Assembly (NCBI RefSeq): GCF_016026235.1
Contig: NZ_CP065613.1
DNA from: Escherichia coli
GTDB taxonomy: Bacteria; Pseudomonadota; Gammaproteobacteria; Enterobacterales; Enterobacteriaceae
Reading direction: 5' to 3' (one strand)
Length of the DNA stretch: 64,000 bases
Part shown: positions 39,751-52,665 of the stretch, piece after piece
Layout: each line of letters opens with the position of its first letter
How positions within the stretch are numbered: position 1 is the first letter of the stretch
Notes under the pieces: generated by a model
What the model saw: only the letters and a program-made list of their open reading frames with translations
What the model was told of the DNA's origin: nothing
The model's database searches: none
Position numbers and translations under genes: made by a program

Positions 39751-40878
39751 ATGGAATCGCTTTCAGAGAGAACCTCAACAGGCTACCAGCAAATCCACGA
39801 CGGTATTATTCACCTGGTCGATAGCGCCCGGACGGAAACGGTACGTAGCGTTAACGCGCTGATGACCGCGACATACTGGGAAATTGGCCGACGAATTGTC
39901 GAATTTGAACAAGGTGGCGAGGCCAGGGCTGCGTATGGTGCGCAGCTAATCAAGCGACTATCAAAGGATTTAAGTCTAAGGTATAAGCGTGGGTTCTCTG
40001 CAAAAAACTTACGCCAAATGAGGCTTTTTTACCTCTTTTTTCAACATGTTGAAATTCGCCAGACAGTGTCTGGCGAATTAACACCATTGGGAATTCCGCA
40101 GACACCATCTGCAGAATTCCCATCGGCAAAGATTTGGCAGACGCTGTCTGCCAAATCTTTCCCCCTGCCCTGGTCCACCTACGTCCGTTTACTTTCCGTT
40201 AAAAACGCTGACGCCCGCAGCTTTTATGAAAAAGAGACGCTCCGCTGTGGCTGGTCTGTTCGCCAGCTAGAACGGCAAATTGCGACCCAATTTTATGAGC
40301 GAACACTGCTGTCACATGACAAATCAGCCATGCTGCAACAACACGCTCCTGCCGAGACGCATATTCTTCCGCAACAGGCGATACGCGATCCCTTTGTGCT
40401 CGAATTTCTGGAATTGAAAGATGAATACTCAGAATCCGATTTTGAGGAGGCGCTGATCAACCACCTGATGGATTTTATGCTGGAACTTGGGGATGATTTT
40501 GCCTTTGTTGGTCGGCAGCGAAGGTTACGCATTGATGACAACTGGTTTCGTGTCGATCTGCTGTTTTTCCACCGCCGTTTACGCTGCCTGCTAATCGTCG
40601 ATCTAAAAGTGGGCAAATTCAGCTATAGCGATGCCGGACAGATGAATATGTATCTCAACTACGCCAAAGAGCACTGGACGCTACCGGATGAAAATCCGCC
40701 CATCGGTCTGGTTCTCTGTGCAGAGAAAGGAGTCGGAGAAGCGCATTATGCACTGGCTGGTTTGCCTAACACCGTTCTGGCGAGTGAATATAAGATGCAA
40801 CTACCTGATGAAAAACGACTCGCGGATGAACTCGTTCGAACACAGTCGGTGCTAGAAGAAGGCTATAGACTCCGTTAA
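39751..40878 (+). CDS. yhcG: DUF1016 / PD-(D/E)XK nuclease-superfamily protein YhcG
   Basis: ORF track 375 aa, MESLSERTSTGYQQIHDGIIHLVDSARTETVRSVNALMTATYWEIGRRIVEFEQ... Confidence 0.85.
   Translation: MESLSERTSTGYQQIHDGIIHLVDSARTETVRSVNALMTATYWEIGRRIVEFEQGGEARAAYGAQLIKRLSKDLSLRYKRGFSAKNLRQMRLFYLFFQHVEIRQTVSGELTPLGIPQTPSAEFPSAKIWQTLSAKSFPLPWSTYVRLLSVKNADARSFYEKETLRCGWSVRQLERQIATQFYERTLLSHDKSAMLQQHAPAETHILPQQAIRDPFVLEFLELKDEYSESDFEEALINHLMDFMLELGDDFAFVGRQRRLRIDDNWFRVDLLFFHRRLRCLLIVDLKVGKFSYSDAGQMNMYLNYAKEHWTLPDENPPIGLVLCAEKGVGEAHYALAGLPNTVLASEYKMQLPDEKRLADELVRTQSVLEEGYRLR
40053..40160. repeat. Three consecutive hyphenated palindromes inside the yhcG coding sequence
   Basis: 40053..40079 aattcgccagaca-g-tgtctggcgaatt; 40091..40119 gaattccgcaga-cacca-tctgcagaattc (one mismatch); 40128..40160 aaagatttggcagac-gct-gtctgccaaatcttt; shared CAGACA/TGTCTG core. 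Confidence 0.8.
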
Positions 40879-40893
40879 TTTCAGCGGTTTCGA

Positions 40894-40918
40894 ATTCTGC
40901 AGACACTGTCTGCAGAAT
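40894..40918. repeat. Fourth palindrome of the same family, 16 bp after the yhcG stop
   Basis: attctgcagaca-c-tgtctgcagaat, a perfect 12+1+12 palindrome, near-identical to the copy at 40091..40119. Confidence 0.8.
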
Positions 40919-40937
40919 CTTTAAAACGAACTAAGTT

Positions 40938-42270
<1,333 letters not shown>

Positions 42271-42274
<4 letters not shown>

Positions 42275-42960
42275 AGCACCGCCTTTTTCATCGCTGTGTT
42301 GTACCACTGACAAATGTGTTCAAGACGCGTAATGGCAGAACCGACCGTCACCGCCCACGCGCCGTGGCGCATCGCATCAGCCGCCTGAGCAGGCGTGTTG
42401 TAACGCCCTTCGGCAATCACCCGACATCCGGCGTCGCTCAACCTTTTCACCAGCGTCAGATCCGGCTCTTCTGGCGTTTCAGGCGTGGTATAGCCAGAAA
42501 GCGTAGTGCCAATAATTTCGGCTCCCAGTTTTTGGCATGCCAGGCCGTCTTCCGGCGTTGAGCAGTCGGTCATCGCCAGTAAACCGTGATGATGAATACG
42601 TGCCAGCAGCGTTTCAACAGGCACCGGACGCGGGCGGTCGGTGCCGTCAATGGCGATAATGTCCGCGCCCGCCTGCGCCAGCGCATCGACATCTTCAATA
42701 TAGGCCGTGATGCGTACCGGAGAATCCTCCAGATCGCGTTTCACAATTCCAATAATCGGCACGCTCACCACCGCACGCGTGGCTTGCAGATTTGCCACAC
42801 CTTCGATGCGAATGGCAACCGCGCCCGCCTGCTCTGCCGCTAATGCCATGGCTGCGACGATTTCGGGTTTATCGAGCGGGCTGTCAGGAACCGGCTGGCA
42901 GGAGACAATCAGGCCACCGTTAGCAGCGATTTTTTGATCCAGTTGTGCAAGTAACGACAT
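42271..42960 (-). CDS. nanE: N-acetylmannosamine-6-phosphate 2-epimerase NanE
   Basis: ORF track 42271..43002; trimmed to [29 protein letters not shown]..., 229 aa. Confidence 0.94.
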
Positions 42961-43007
42961 ACATCTTCCCTTAGCGAAAGGCCCGGTACATAGACCGGGC
43001 AACAGGA

Positions 43008-44498
43008 TTAACTTTTGGTTTTGACTAAATCGTTTTTGGCGCTGCCAAATGGCACGGCACCGCTAAATGGTTTGCCGTCGATAGCGTCATGAGTACGCAA
43101 TGCTTCCGGGCGCAGCCAACGCTGAACGCGGGAAGGCATATCCAGACCAATCAGCAGGATCACCACAAATGTCAGACTGAACGAGAGCGATGCCAGCGCA
43201 GTACCCAGATCCAGACGTTGAGCGATCAACGCGCCGATGATTGGGGCCAGTGCACCGCCCAATGCGCCAACGTTGTAGGTAAAGCCCAGGCCCGCTGCAC
43301 GCTGGTCGGTATCGAAATAACCGCCAATCAGTTTTGGTAAGATCCCGGCGATCCCTTGTCCAAGCATTTGCTGGAAGAACAGTAACAGACCGAGCACCCA
43401 GACGTTTGCACCGCCAATCGCAAATACCGGAATAATCAGCAGCTGCGAGGCCAACAGACTACAAACGTACGCTTTGCGGGTTCCCAGCCAGTCACCGAGG
43501 AAGCCACCGACGCAGCACCCCACCGCCGCGCCAAAGCCACTAAAGAACAGCACATTGGCGACAGTATGCGGGTTATAAGCCAGATCGGTTTTCAGATACG
43601 TTGGCAGCAGCGCCTGAATCGGCCATGAGTAGAGGAAAGCAAACAACACGACCACCATCAGCATTACGCCAGTTGGCCAGCGTTTGCCCGTACTCTGCAC
43701 CATAAAGCTGATAAAGATTGCGGCGCATAACAGCCCAAGAACAGCGACGATCGCGGCATTTTGCAGGTTACCGGCGAAGCAGAACCACAGCGCAGTAGCC
43801 GCCGCCAGTGTCATTACGATATTGGCAATGGGATGTTCACCACGGTAGAGAATATCCACCATTGTGCGTACTGGTGCTTTACCTGCGTGTTTCTCTTTCC
43901 AGTCTTCCGCTTCCGGGATGTTTTTACGCAGCCAGAGAGCAAAGATGATTGGCAAAATGCCGATAAAGAACAGCGCACGCCAGCCCCAGACCGGAACCAC
44001 CAGGCTGTAGACCTGAGCGGCAACGACGGCCCCCACAGAGAAGCCTGAAATCAGAAAGCCACTGGCTTTGTTACGCAGATGTTTTGGCCAGCTTTCAATG
44101 ACATAGGTGGCGCTGGAACCGTATTCACCCGCCATCCCCATGCCGATGACCAGACGAGCGATAAACATGGTGATGTAGCCTGGCGCAAAGCCGCAGGCCA
44201 GCGTCCCGGCCGAGAAGAGAACGATGCTGGTGACCATTGCCAGACGACGCCCGTAGCGGTCACCCATAGCGCCGAGCATCAGGCCGCCGAACCAGCGAGA
44301 GATAAAGGCTGCGGAGATCAGACTTGCCGCCTGCACCGTCGTCAGCCCGAATTCACCTTGTACTTCGGTGAGTACCAGGGCGATTAAAACGAAATCAAAA
44401 CCGTCAAGCAGATATCCCAACCAGGCAGCGGAAAATGCCCGCCATTGTGCACGATTGAGATGGCGATACCACGGGATATTCTGGGTTGTAGTACTCAT
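43008..44498 (-). CDS. nanT: Sialic acid transporter NanT (MFS)
   Basis: ORF track 43008..44528; trimmed to [36 protein letters not shown]..., 496 aa. Confidence 0.94.
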
Positions 44499-44569
44499 TG
44501 TGAGTCTCCCGCGGTGGGCGATGCCCACACGCTTTGGTATGAAAATTGTAGGGTACAGATGCGTTTATT

Positions 44570-44600
44570 TCCCCTCACCCGGTAGGGGCGAGCGAGGGGA
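44570..44600. repeat. GC-rich imperfect palindromic intergenic repeat, copy 1 (nanA-nanT spacer)
   Basis: tcccctcacccggtaggggcgagcgagggga; a second copy tcccctcaccctaaccccagaggagcgagggga at 62415..62447. Confidence 0.6.
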
Positions 44601-44606
44601 AACAAC

Positions 44607-45500
44607 TCACCCGCGCTCTTGCATCAACTGCTGGGCCAGCGCCTTCAGTTCTGGCAGATATTTTTCATCTACCGGACCAAACGGTTTGCGGCACAGCGGC
44701 ACAGAAACAACATCCATATAATGCAGAACAGTTTTCAGGCCGCGGAATACGCCCGTTTTGATCAGTAAATCAATGACTTTATTGCACTCAGTTTGCAGTT
44801 TCTGCGCGGTCTGGATATCGCCTTCTTTCAGCGCCTTCACGATCCCCTGATAGCGCCAGCCCATGATATTGTAAGTACTGCCGATACCGCCGTCTGCGCC
44901 CGCCAGCAAGCCGGAAGCGAAGATTTCGTCGTAACCGTTATAGAGCACCAGATCAGGATGTTCACGACGGATCTGTTCCATCTGATAGAGATCGCCAGAG
45001 GTCTGTTTCAGCGCGCCGACACCAGGCAGCGTAACCAAGGTGTTGATCTGATCCAGGGTCAGTTTTACCCCGCTCAGGGCTGGAATGTTGTACACCACCA
45101 TCGGCAAACCATCCGCCGAATCAATAATTGCCCGATAGTGATCGCAGTGTTCTTCAAAGCTGAAAGGATAGTAGAACGGTGTGACGGCGGAGACGGCATC
45201 GAAGCCATAACGTTTAGCCGATGCCGCAAGTTGTTGGCTTTCGGCGGTGCTGACGCAACCGACGTGGGCGATGAGTTTAATCTTACCTTTCGCCTCTTCG
45301 GCGACGATTTCCAGTACCTGTTCACGCTCGGAAAGGCTTTGTACAAAGGCTTCGCCGGTCGAACCACCCACGTATAAACCGTCAATGCCCTGCTGAATAT
45401 TGAACTGAACCAGGCGGCGCAGACTCGCTTTATCCAGTGCTTGTTGTTGATCAAAAGGAGTCAGGAGTGCAGCCATTACGCCACGTAAATTCGTTGCCAT
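44607..45500 (-). CDS. nanA: N-acetylneuraminate lyase NanA
   Basis: ORF track 297 aa, [52 protein letters not shown]... Confidence 0.96.
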
Positions 45501-45535
45501 AAATACCTCTGAAGTGATGCTTGTCTGATAAACGA

Positions 45536-45558
45536 TATACCTTTATACCTGTTATACC
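45536..45558 (-). promoter_or_regulatory. NanR operator: three GGTATA direct repeats in the nanA promoter
   Basis: Minus-strand reading GGTATAACAGGTATAAAGGTATA (plus-strand tatacctttatacctgttatacc), located between nanR and nanA. Confidence 0.65.
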
Positions 45559-45621
45559 AGATCAATTAAGCAACACCCCATACAGAAAGCTTATAATGCG
45601 ATCTGCTTCACTAAAGTGGCA

Positions 45622-46413
45622 TTATTTCTTTTTGTTGGTGGTCTGACCGAAGGCGTGCCAGGTAGCAGAGACGCTGTTGAGATGCGATTGCAACGCACGA
45701 TCGGCTTCGTCAGGATCGTGGCGGCGGATCGCGTCAACGATCGCAATATGCTGTTGATAGCTAACGTTGTTATGCTCGTGCAGAGCCTGATCAGCCACGG
45801 TTGGACGTGCGGCGATCAGCCAGTCGAGCAGGGCAACGTGGATCGCCATGAAGATTGGGTTACCTGGGATCTCCGCCAGCACGCGGTGGAAATCAACGTC
45901 TGAGCGAATGAATGCCGCGTTGTTATCCAGCGACTGACTGTTGATTTCCAGTGCTTTTGCCAGCAAATCGATTTGCTCATCGGTGGCGTGTTCAGCCGCA
46001 TAGCGCACCAGGCTGGATTCAAAGAACAGACGTAATTGTTCGAAATGGGCAATCCCACCAGGATGAGAAAGGAAATCTTTCGCCATGCCGGAAAGCTCGC
46101 CGATGATGGTGTCCGCAGAAGGACGTGAGACGCGGGCACGTTCGCCGTTGTTTATTTGCACCAGACCTTTGCGTTTTAACGCTGCCAGCGCTTCACGCAC
46201 CGAAGGACGCCCAACGTTAAAGAACGCCATCAGTTCGCGTTCAGACGGTAATTGTTCACCTTCGCCAAATTCACGACGGCGGATCATCTGTTCCAGCTCT
46301 TCTTCCACCATTTCGGAGAGTTTTTTACGCGCCAGCGGGCGGCTACGCAAGTTGCGACCAATTGCAGGTGAAGAATCTTCGGTTTGCGAATCAAATGCGT
46401 TCATAAGGCCCAT
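45622..46413 (-). CDS. nanR: GntR/FadR-family transcriptional repressor NanR
   Basis: ORF track 263 aa, [61 protein letters not shown]... Confidence 0.94.
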   Translation of the reverse strand: MGLMNAFDSQTEDSSPAIGRNLRSRPLARKKLSEMVEEELEQMIRRREFGEGEQLPSERELMAFFNVGRPSVREALAALKRKGLVQINNGERARVSRPSADTIIGELSGMAKDFLSHPGGIAHFEQLRLFFESSLVRYAAEHATDEQIDLLAKALEINSQSLDNNAAFIRSDVDFHRVLAEIPGNPIFMAIHVALLDWLIAARPTVADQALHEHNNVSYQQHIAIVDAIRRHDPDEADRALQSHLNSVSATWHAFGQTTNKKK

Positions 46414-46792
46414 TCTGTAAGGTCAGTGTGATTAACATCATCAGTGACATCCTATCACAGGATTGAAAGTAGGGGAAAATGGCAGGGTTTTCTCTTTGTG
46501 CCTCATCATTACCATAATTAACGGAATAATTAACTATTGCGAAAAATTAATGTAACGCAGATAAAAACATCCCGATTGAATTATTTATAAGACTATTCAC
46601 GAGCATTATGAATATTATGAATGTGTTCTTACAAAATAATCATAAGCACATATTTTTTAATGAAAAATCACCTCACCTACAATTAAAAACACGACATCAG
46701 CACCATAAATAGACTTGCAAAAAATATAACATCATTGTTTTCAATCTGCCGTTGATGGGATTGACCGTTTTCTTTTGACACGGAGTTCAACA

Positions 46793-48160
46793 ATGTTCGG
46801 CATAATTATATCTGTCATCGTATTAATTACGATGGGCTATTTGATCCTGAAAAACTACAAACCTCAGGTGGTGCTGGCTGCCGCAGGTATCTTCCTGATG
46901 ATGTGCGGTGTCTGGTTAGGGTTCGGTGGTGTACTCGATCCCGCCAAAAGCAGCGGCTACTTGATCGTCGATATTTATAATGAAATCCTGCGCATGCTGT
47001 CCAACCGCATTGCCGGATTGGGGCTGTCGATTATGGCGGTGGGCGGTTATGCCCGCTACATGGAGCGCACAGGAGCCAGTCGCGCGATGGTGAGCTTGTT
47101 AAGCCGCCCGTTAAAACTCATTCGCTCGCCGTATATTATTCTGTCGGCAACTTACGTCATCGGCCAAATCATGGCGCAGTTTATTACCAGCGCCTCCGGC
47201 CTGGGTATGTTGCTGATGGTCACCTTATTTCCGACACTGGTGAGTCTGGGAGTAAGCCGTCTCTCTGCGGTGGCGGTTATCGCAACCACAATGTCCATTG
47301 AGTGGGGGATTCTGGAAACGAACTCCATTTTTGCAGCCCAGGTCGCGGGAATGAAAATTGCCACTTACTTCTTCCACTACCAGCTTCCGGTCGCCTCTTG
47401 CGTCATTATCTCGGTGGCGATCTCCCACTTTTTCGTGCAACGCGCTTTTGACAAAAAAGATAAAAATATCAATCACGAACAGGCAGAGCAAAAAGCTCTC
47501 GATAATGTCCCGCCGCTCTATTACGCCATTTTACCTGTGATGCCGTTAATCCTGATGCTCGGCTCGCTATTCCTTGCCCACATCGGGCTGATGCAGTCAG
47601 AACTGCATCTGGTGGTGGTGATGTTACTGAGTTTGACGGTGACGATGTTTGTTGAGTTCTTCCGCAAGCATAACTTGCGCGAAACAATGGACGATGTGCA
47701 GGCGTTTTTTGACGGCATGGGTACGCAGTTTGCCAACGTCGTAACGCTGGTGGTCGCGGGTGAAATATTTGCGAAAGGCTTAACGACGATTGGCACTGTC
47801 GATGCGGTTATCAGGGGTGCGGAGCATTCTGGTCTGGGCGGTATTGGCGTGATGATTATTATGGCGCTGGTCATTGCCATTTGTGCCATTGTGATGGGCT
47901 CTGGCAATGCGCCGTTTATGTCATTTGCCAGTCTTATTCCGAATATCGCAGCCGGACTACATGTACCAGCGGTTGTAATGATTATGCCGATGCATTTTGC
48001 CACGACGCTAGCGCGCGCGGTTTCGCCGATTACTGCGGTGGTAGTCGTTACGTCAGGAATTGCAGGCGTTTCGCCTTTTGCGGTGGTGAAGCGGACAGCG
48101 ATCCCCATGGCAGTCGGTTTCGTGGTGAATATGATTGCCACAATCACGCTATTTTATTAA
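46793..48160 (+). CDS. dcuD: Putative C4-dicarboxylate transporter DcuD (DcuC family)
   Basis: ORF track 46775..48160; trimmed to the ATG giving [25 protein letters not shown]..., 455 aa. Confidence 0.92.
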   Translation: MFGIIISVIVLITMGYLILKNYKPQVVLAAAGIFLMMCGVWLGFGGVLDPAKSSGYLIVDIYNEILRMLSNRIAGLGLSIMAVGGYARYMERTGASRAMVSLLSRPLKLIRSPYIILSATYVIGQIMAQFITSASGLGMLLMVTLFPTLVSLGVSRLSAVAVIATTMSIEWGILETNSIFAAQVAGMKIATYFFHYQLPVASCVIISVAISHFFVQRAFDKKDKNINHEQAEQKALDNVPPLYYAILPVMPLILMLGSLFLAHIGLMQSELHLVVVMLLSLTVTMFVEFFRKHNLRETMDDVQAFFDGMGTQFANVVTLVVAGEIFAKGLTTIGTVDAVIRGAEHSGLGGIGVMIIMALVIAICAIVMGSGNAPFMSFASLIPNIAAGLHVPAVVMIMPMHFATTLARAVSPITAVVVVTSGIAGVSPFAVVKRTAIPMAVGFVVNMIATITLFY

Positions 48161-48201
48161 GCCATTAAAAGACAAAACAGGCCACCAGGGCCTGTTTTGT
48201 A

Positions 48202-48699
48202 TTACTTAACAACGCGTAATGCCGGTCGACCACCGCGTGGTGGCTGCGGAGGTTCATCGTCAGGATGAGTGTCATCATCGTGATCTGGCTTGTCGCCATC
48301 AATAACCGACATAACGGTTTCGTTGTCTGCCGATGCCTCTTCATCATTCATGATGCTGGCATCTTCATCGTAGGCAGCTTCAGGTTCAAACATCGTGCCA
48401 GCGCCATTTTCACGGGCGTAGATAGCCAGCACGGCAGCCAGCGGCACAGAAACCTGACGCGGAATGCCACCAAAGCGCGCGTTAAAGCGCACCTCATCAT
48501 TCGCCAGTTCCAGATTGCCGACAGCACGCGGCGCAATGTTGAGTACGATTTGCCCGTCACGCGCATATTCCATAGGAACCTGCACGCCAGGGAGCGTCAC
48601 ATCCACCACCAGGTGCGGCGTGAGCTGGTTATCCAGCAACCACTCATAGAATGCACGCAGCAGATAGGGACGACGTGGTGTTAGCTGTGACAAATCCAT
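48202..48699 (-). CDS. sspB: ClpXP adaptor, stringent starvation protein B
   Basis: ORF track 165 aa, MDLSQLTPRRPYLLRAFYEWLLDNQLTPHLVVDVTLPGVQVPMEYARDGQIVLNIAPRAV... Confidence 0.95.
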   Translation of the reverse strand: MDLSQLTPRRPYLLRAFYEWLLDNQLTPHLVVDVTLPGVQVPMEYARDGQIVLNIAPRAVGNLELANDEVRFNARFGGIPRQVSVPLAAVLAIYARENGAGTMFEPEAAYDEDASIMNDEEASADNETVMSVIDGDKPDHDDDTHPDDEPPQPPRGGRPALRVVK

Positions 48700-48704
48700 A
48701 CAGA

Positions 48705-49343
48705 TTAACTCCGGCCCAGACGCATTTCACGTTCTGCTTCAGTTAAAGAAGCAAGGAAAGAGTCACGCTCAAAGACGCGGGTCATATAGCCTTTCAGCTC
48801 TTTCGCACCCGGGCCGCTGAACTCGATACCCAGTTGCGGCAGACGCCACAGCAGCGGAGCAAGGTAGCAATCGACCAGGCTGAACTCATCACTCAGGAAG
48901 TACGGCTTCTGACCGAAGACCGGCGCAATCGCCAGCAGTTCTTCGCGCAGTTGCTTACGTGCGGCATCTGCTTCAGAAGCTGAACCGTTGATGATGGTGT
49001 TCATCAGCGTGTACCAGTCTTTTTCGATGCGATGCATGTACAGACGGCTTTCACCGCGAGCTACCGGGTAAACAGGCATCAGTGGCGGATGCGGGAAACG
49101 CTCATCCAGATATTCCATAATGATGCGAGATTCCCACAGGGTCAGCTCACGATCCACCAGGGTCGGAACGCTCTGATTCGGGTTGAGGTCAATCAGATCC
49201 TGAGGCGGATTGTCCTTTTCCACGTGTTCGATCTCGAAACTTACACCTTTCTCAGCCAGCACAATGCGGACCTGATGGCTATAGATGTCAGTAGGACCGG
49301 AAAACAGCGTCATTACCGAACGTTTGTTGGCAGCGACAGCCAT
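48705..49343 (-). CDS. sspA: Stringent starvation protein A (GST-like)
   Basis: ORF track 212 aa, MAVAANKRSVMTLFSGPTDIYSHQVRIVLAEKGVSFEIEHVE... Confidence 0.96.
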   Translation of the reverse strand: MAVAANKRSVMTLFSGPTDIYSHQVRIVLAEKGVSFEIEHVEKDNPPQDLIDLNPNQSVPTLVDRELTLWESRIIMEYLDERFPHPPLMPVYPVARGESRLYMHRIEKDWYTLMNTIINGSASEADAARKQLREELLAIAPVFGQKPYFLSDEFSLVDCYLAPLLWRLPQLGIEFSGPGAKELKGYMTRVFERDSFLASLTEAEREMRLGRS

Positions 49344-49675
49344 GAAAACCTCCAGGTATAGTCAGAATTTTTACTGCTACCAGCCACCAGGTGGCCAGTC
49401 AGAAGTTGTGTTACCCAGTAAGGAACGACTCTCTTTGTTCGAAAATCAAACAAAAAATGAGCAATACCCGACATTTGGGCAGAAAATTGGATGATAGTTT
49501 ACCAGATTTTGCGACCTTTGTGGTGAGTCGATGCCGGAAATGGGGAAAAAGAGATGCGCTTTAGTCTGAAATAGTTGACTTAGTCCCTTATTGGCGATGT
49601 GGTTTTTGTTTTACCTGTCTGTCAGGTGGCAGCAAAAAGCAACATTCCAGTTTTTACGCTGATTCAGATTTTAGC

Positions 49676-49706
49676 CATAAAAAAACCCGCCGAAGCGGGT
49701 TTTTTC
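49676..49706 (-). terminator. Rho-independent terminator downstream of rpsI (hairpin usable in both orientations)
   Basis: Plus-strand ataaaaaaacccgccgaagcgggttttttcg: GC stem with GAA-type loop, A-run on one side and T-run on the other. Confidence 0.7.
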
Positions 49707-49737
49707 GAAAATTGTTTTCTGCCGGAGCAGAAGCCAA

Positions 49738-50133
<396 letters not shown>

Positions 50134-50145
50134 CTATAATCCCGA

Positions 50146-50661
<516 letters not shown>

Positions 50662-50792
50662 CTACCCCTTCGAATAGCCTATGCCAGCACACAAAAAGTT
50701 TTGGGAAAAAAACTTTCTTGTAACGTGGGGTCGCAGGATTATAGAGAAGTCGGGGTCAAAGATCGACCCCTTTTTGTGATTTGTGGCAGGTT

Positions 50793-51920
50793 TTAACCCG
50801 CCAAATGCTCGCGCTTCAGATACTCTTCGCTTTGCATCTCTTGCAGACGTGACAGGCAACGCTGGAACTCAAACTTCAGCCGCTCACCCTGATAAATTTC
50901 ATACAGCGGCACTTCTGCACTCACCACTAATTTGACATGGCGCTCGTAAAACTCATCCACCAGCGCAATAAAGCGCCGCGCTTCACTCTCCATCAACCGC
51001 GTCATAACTGGTACATCAAACAACATGACCGTATGAAAGAGGCGTGAGAGCGCAATATAGTCATGCTGACTGCGGGCGTCGACGCACAGCGTAGTAAAAG
51101 AGACCGCCAGCGTCTGGTTCTCGACGCCCATTGTCGCTAATGGCCGATGGTTGATTTCTAACGTCGGTGAATTTTCTCGTTTCCCCCCCGCCAGCGCCAA
51201 CCATAGTTTATCCATTTGCGCCCGGGTTTCATCGTGGAGTGGCGAAAGCCACAGATGCGCCTGAGTGAGTGTACGCAGTCGATAATCAACACCAGCGTCC
51301 ACGTTCATTACATCACAATGCTGTTTAATGGCATCGATTGCAGGCAGAAAACGCGCACGTTGCAGGCCATTTCGATAAAGTTCATCCGGCGGAATATTTG
51401 ACGTCGCTACCAGGGTAATACCGCGGGCGAACAGGGCTTTCATCAGACCGCCAAGTAGCATGGCGTCGGTAATATCAGAAACAAAAAATTCGTCAAAACA
51501 GAGCACGTCAGTTTCGGCTTTAAAGCGATCGGCAATAATTTCCAGCGGATCGGTCTGCCCCTGTAAGGCAGTTAGCTCTTCGTGCACCCGCAGCATAAAA
51601 CGGTGAAAGTGCAGGCGCTGTTTCCGCTCTCCCGGCAGGCTTTGATAGAAAAGGTCCATCAGCCAGGTTTTCCCGCGTCCTACACCGCCCCACATATATA
51701 AGCCACGCACTGGCGTATGCTTTGTGTCTTCGCGTTTACCCCACAGCTTACCGACCCGCGCCATTAGCCCACTCGTCCTGGGGGCTGGTGGCGTGCTATT
51801 GATGAGTTCCTGATAAATAATTTCCAGGCGGCTGACGGCCTCTTTTTGAACGTCGTCGGGTTGATGGCTGCCTTCATTGAGCGCCTTCAGGTATTGCGAT
51901 GTTGGGGTAACGCTTTGCAT
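50793..51920 (-). CDS. zapE: Cell division ATPase ZapE (YhcM, AFG1-like)
   Basis: ORF track 375 aa, MQSVTPTSQYLKALNEGSHQPDDVQKEAVSRLEIIYQELIN...; Walker A GGVGRGKT. Confidence 0.92.
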   Translation of the reverse strand: MQSVTPTSQYLKALNEGSHQPDDVQKEAVSRLEIIYQELINSTPPAPRTSGLMARVGKLWGKREDTKHTPVRGLYMWGGVGRGKTWLMDLFYQSLPGERKQRLHFHRFMLRVHEELTALQGQTDPLEIIADRFKAETDVLCFDEFFVSDITDAMLLGGLMKALFARGITLVATSNIPPDELYRNGLQRARFLPAIDAIKQHCDVMNVDAGVDYRLRTLTQAHLWLSPLHDETRAQMDKLWLALAGGKRENSPTLEINHRPLATMGVENQTLAVSFTTLCVDARSQHDYIALSRLFHTVMLFDVPVMTRLMESEARRFIALVDEFYERHVKLVVSAEVPLYEIYQGERLKFEFQRCLSRLQEMQSEEYLKREHLAG

Positions 51921-52113
51921 GATCTTATTGTTATTCCTTGAATAATCGGTGCGCCGTTGTTCACGGTTGACGAAAAAAAGGCCGTTCTACACTACGCGAT
52001 ATGCAGTCGGGATTCCACTTCTGTGGAATTAACGGTTATAGTGGCATAATCAGCCGCAGGCATGGAGCCTGAAGCCAACACCCTACGGAAACAAAAGACA
52101 ACGGGAGATGTTC

Positions 52114-52512
52114 ATGACCTGGGAATATGCGCTAATTGGGTTAGTCGTCGGCATCATTATTGGTGCTGTGGCCATGCGTTTTGGTAATCGTAAACTACGC
52201 CAGCAACAGGCGTTGCAGTACGAACTGGAAAAGAATAAAGCTGAACTGGACGAGTATCGCGAAGAGCTGGTTAGCCACTTTGCCCGCAGCGCGGAATTAC
52301 TGGATACCATGGCGCACGACTATCGCCAGCTGTATCAGCACATGGCGAAAAGCTCCAGCAGCCTGCTGCCGGAACTGTCTGCTGAAGCAAACCCGTTCCG
52401 TAATCGTCTGGCAGAGTCTGAAGCCAGCAACGATCAGGCACCGGTGCAGATGCCTCGCGACTATTCTGAAGGCGCATCCGGCCTGCTGCGTACTGGCGCG
52501 AAGCGCGACTAA
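52114..52512 (+). CDS. zapG: Inner membrane protein ZapG (YhcB)
   Basis: ORF track 52108..52512; start placed at the ATG giving MTWEYALIGLVVGIIIGAVAMRFGNRKLRQQQ..., 132 aa; an in-frame ATG two codons upstream is an alternative. Confidence 0.88.
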   Translation: MTWEYALIGLVVGIIIGAVAMRFGNRKLRQQQALQYELEKNKAELDEYREELVSHFARSAELLDTMAHDYRQLYQHMAKSSSSLLPELSAEANPFRNRLAESEASNDQAPVQMPRDYSEGASGLLRTGAKRD

Positions 52513-52665
52513 TTTATTTTTCGGGCGCAGCCATTGCGCCCTCCTCTTCTCTCCCTCCCCGACTATCATTTAATCTGGTGTCTCATTGTTAGCCGTCTGA
52601 AAATTCAATAACATCAAACTGTTTTGAATCTCTTTTCTTATCATTCAGGTACGAGAGCAGGAATA

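Noticed and set aside
40091-40119. Adjacent EcoRI (GAATTC) and PstI (CTGCAG) sites, considered as a possible cloning scar or engineered junction
   Set aside because: The sites fall inside natural-looking palindromic repeats that occur four times with sequence variation and stay in frame with yhcG; no polylinker, selection marker, FRT/loxP site or vector sequence is nearby
47521-48147. 208-aa minus-strand ORF
   Set aside because: Antisense to dcuD; its hydrophobic, repetitive composition mirrors the membrane-protein codons on the other strand
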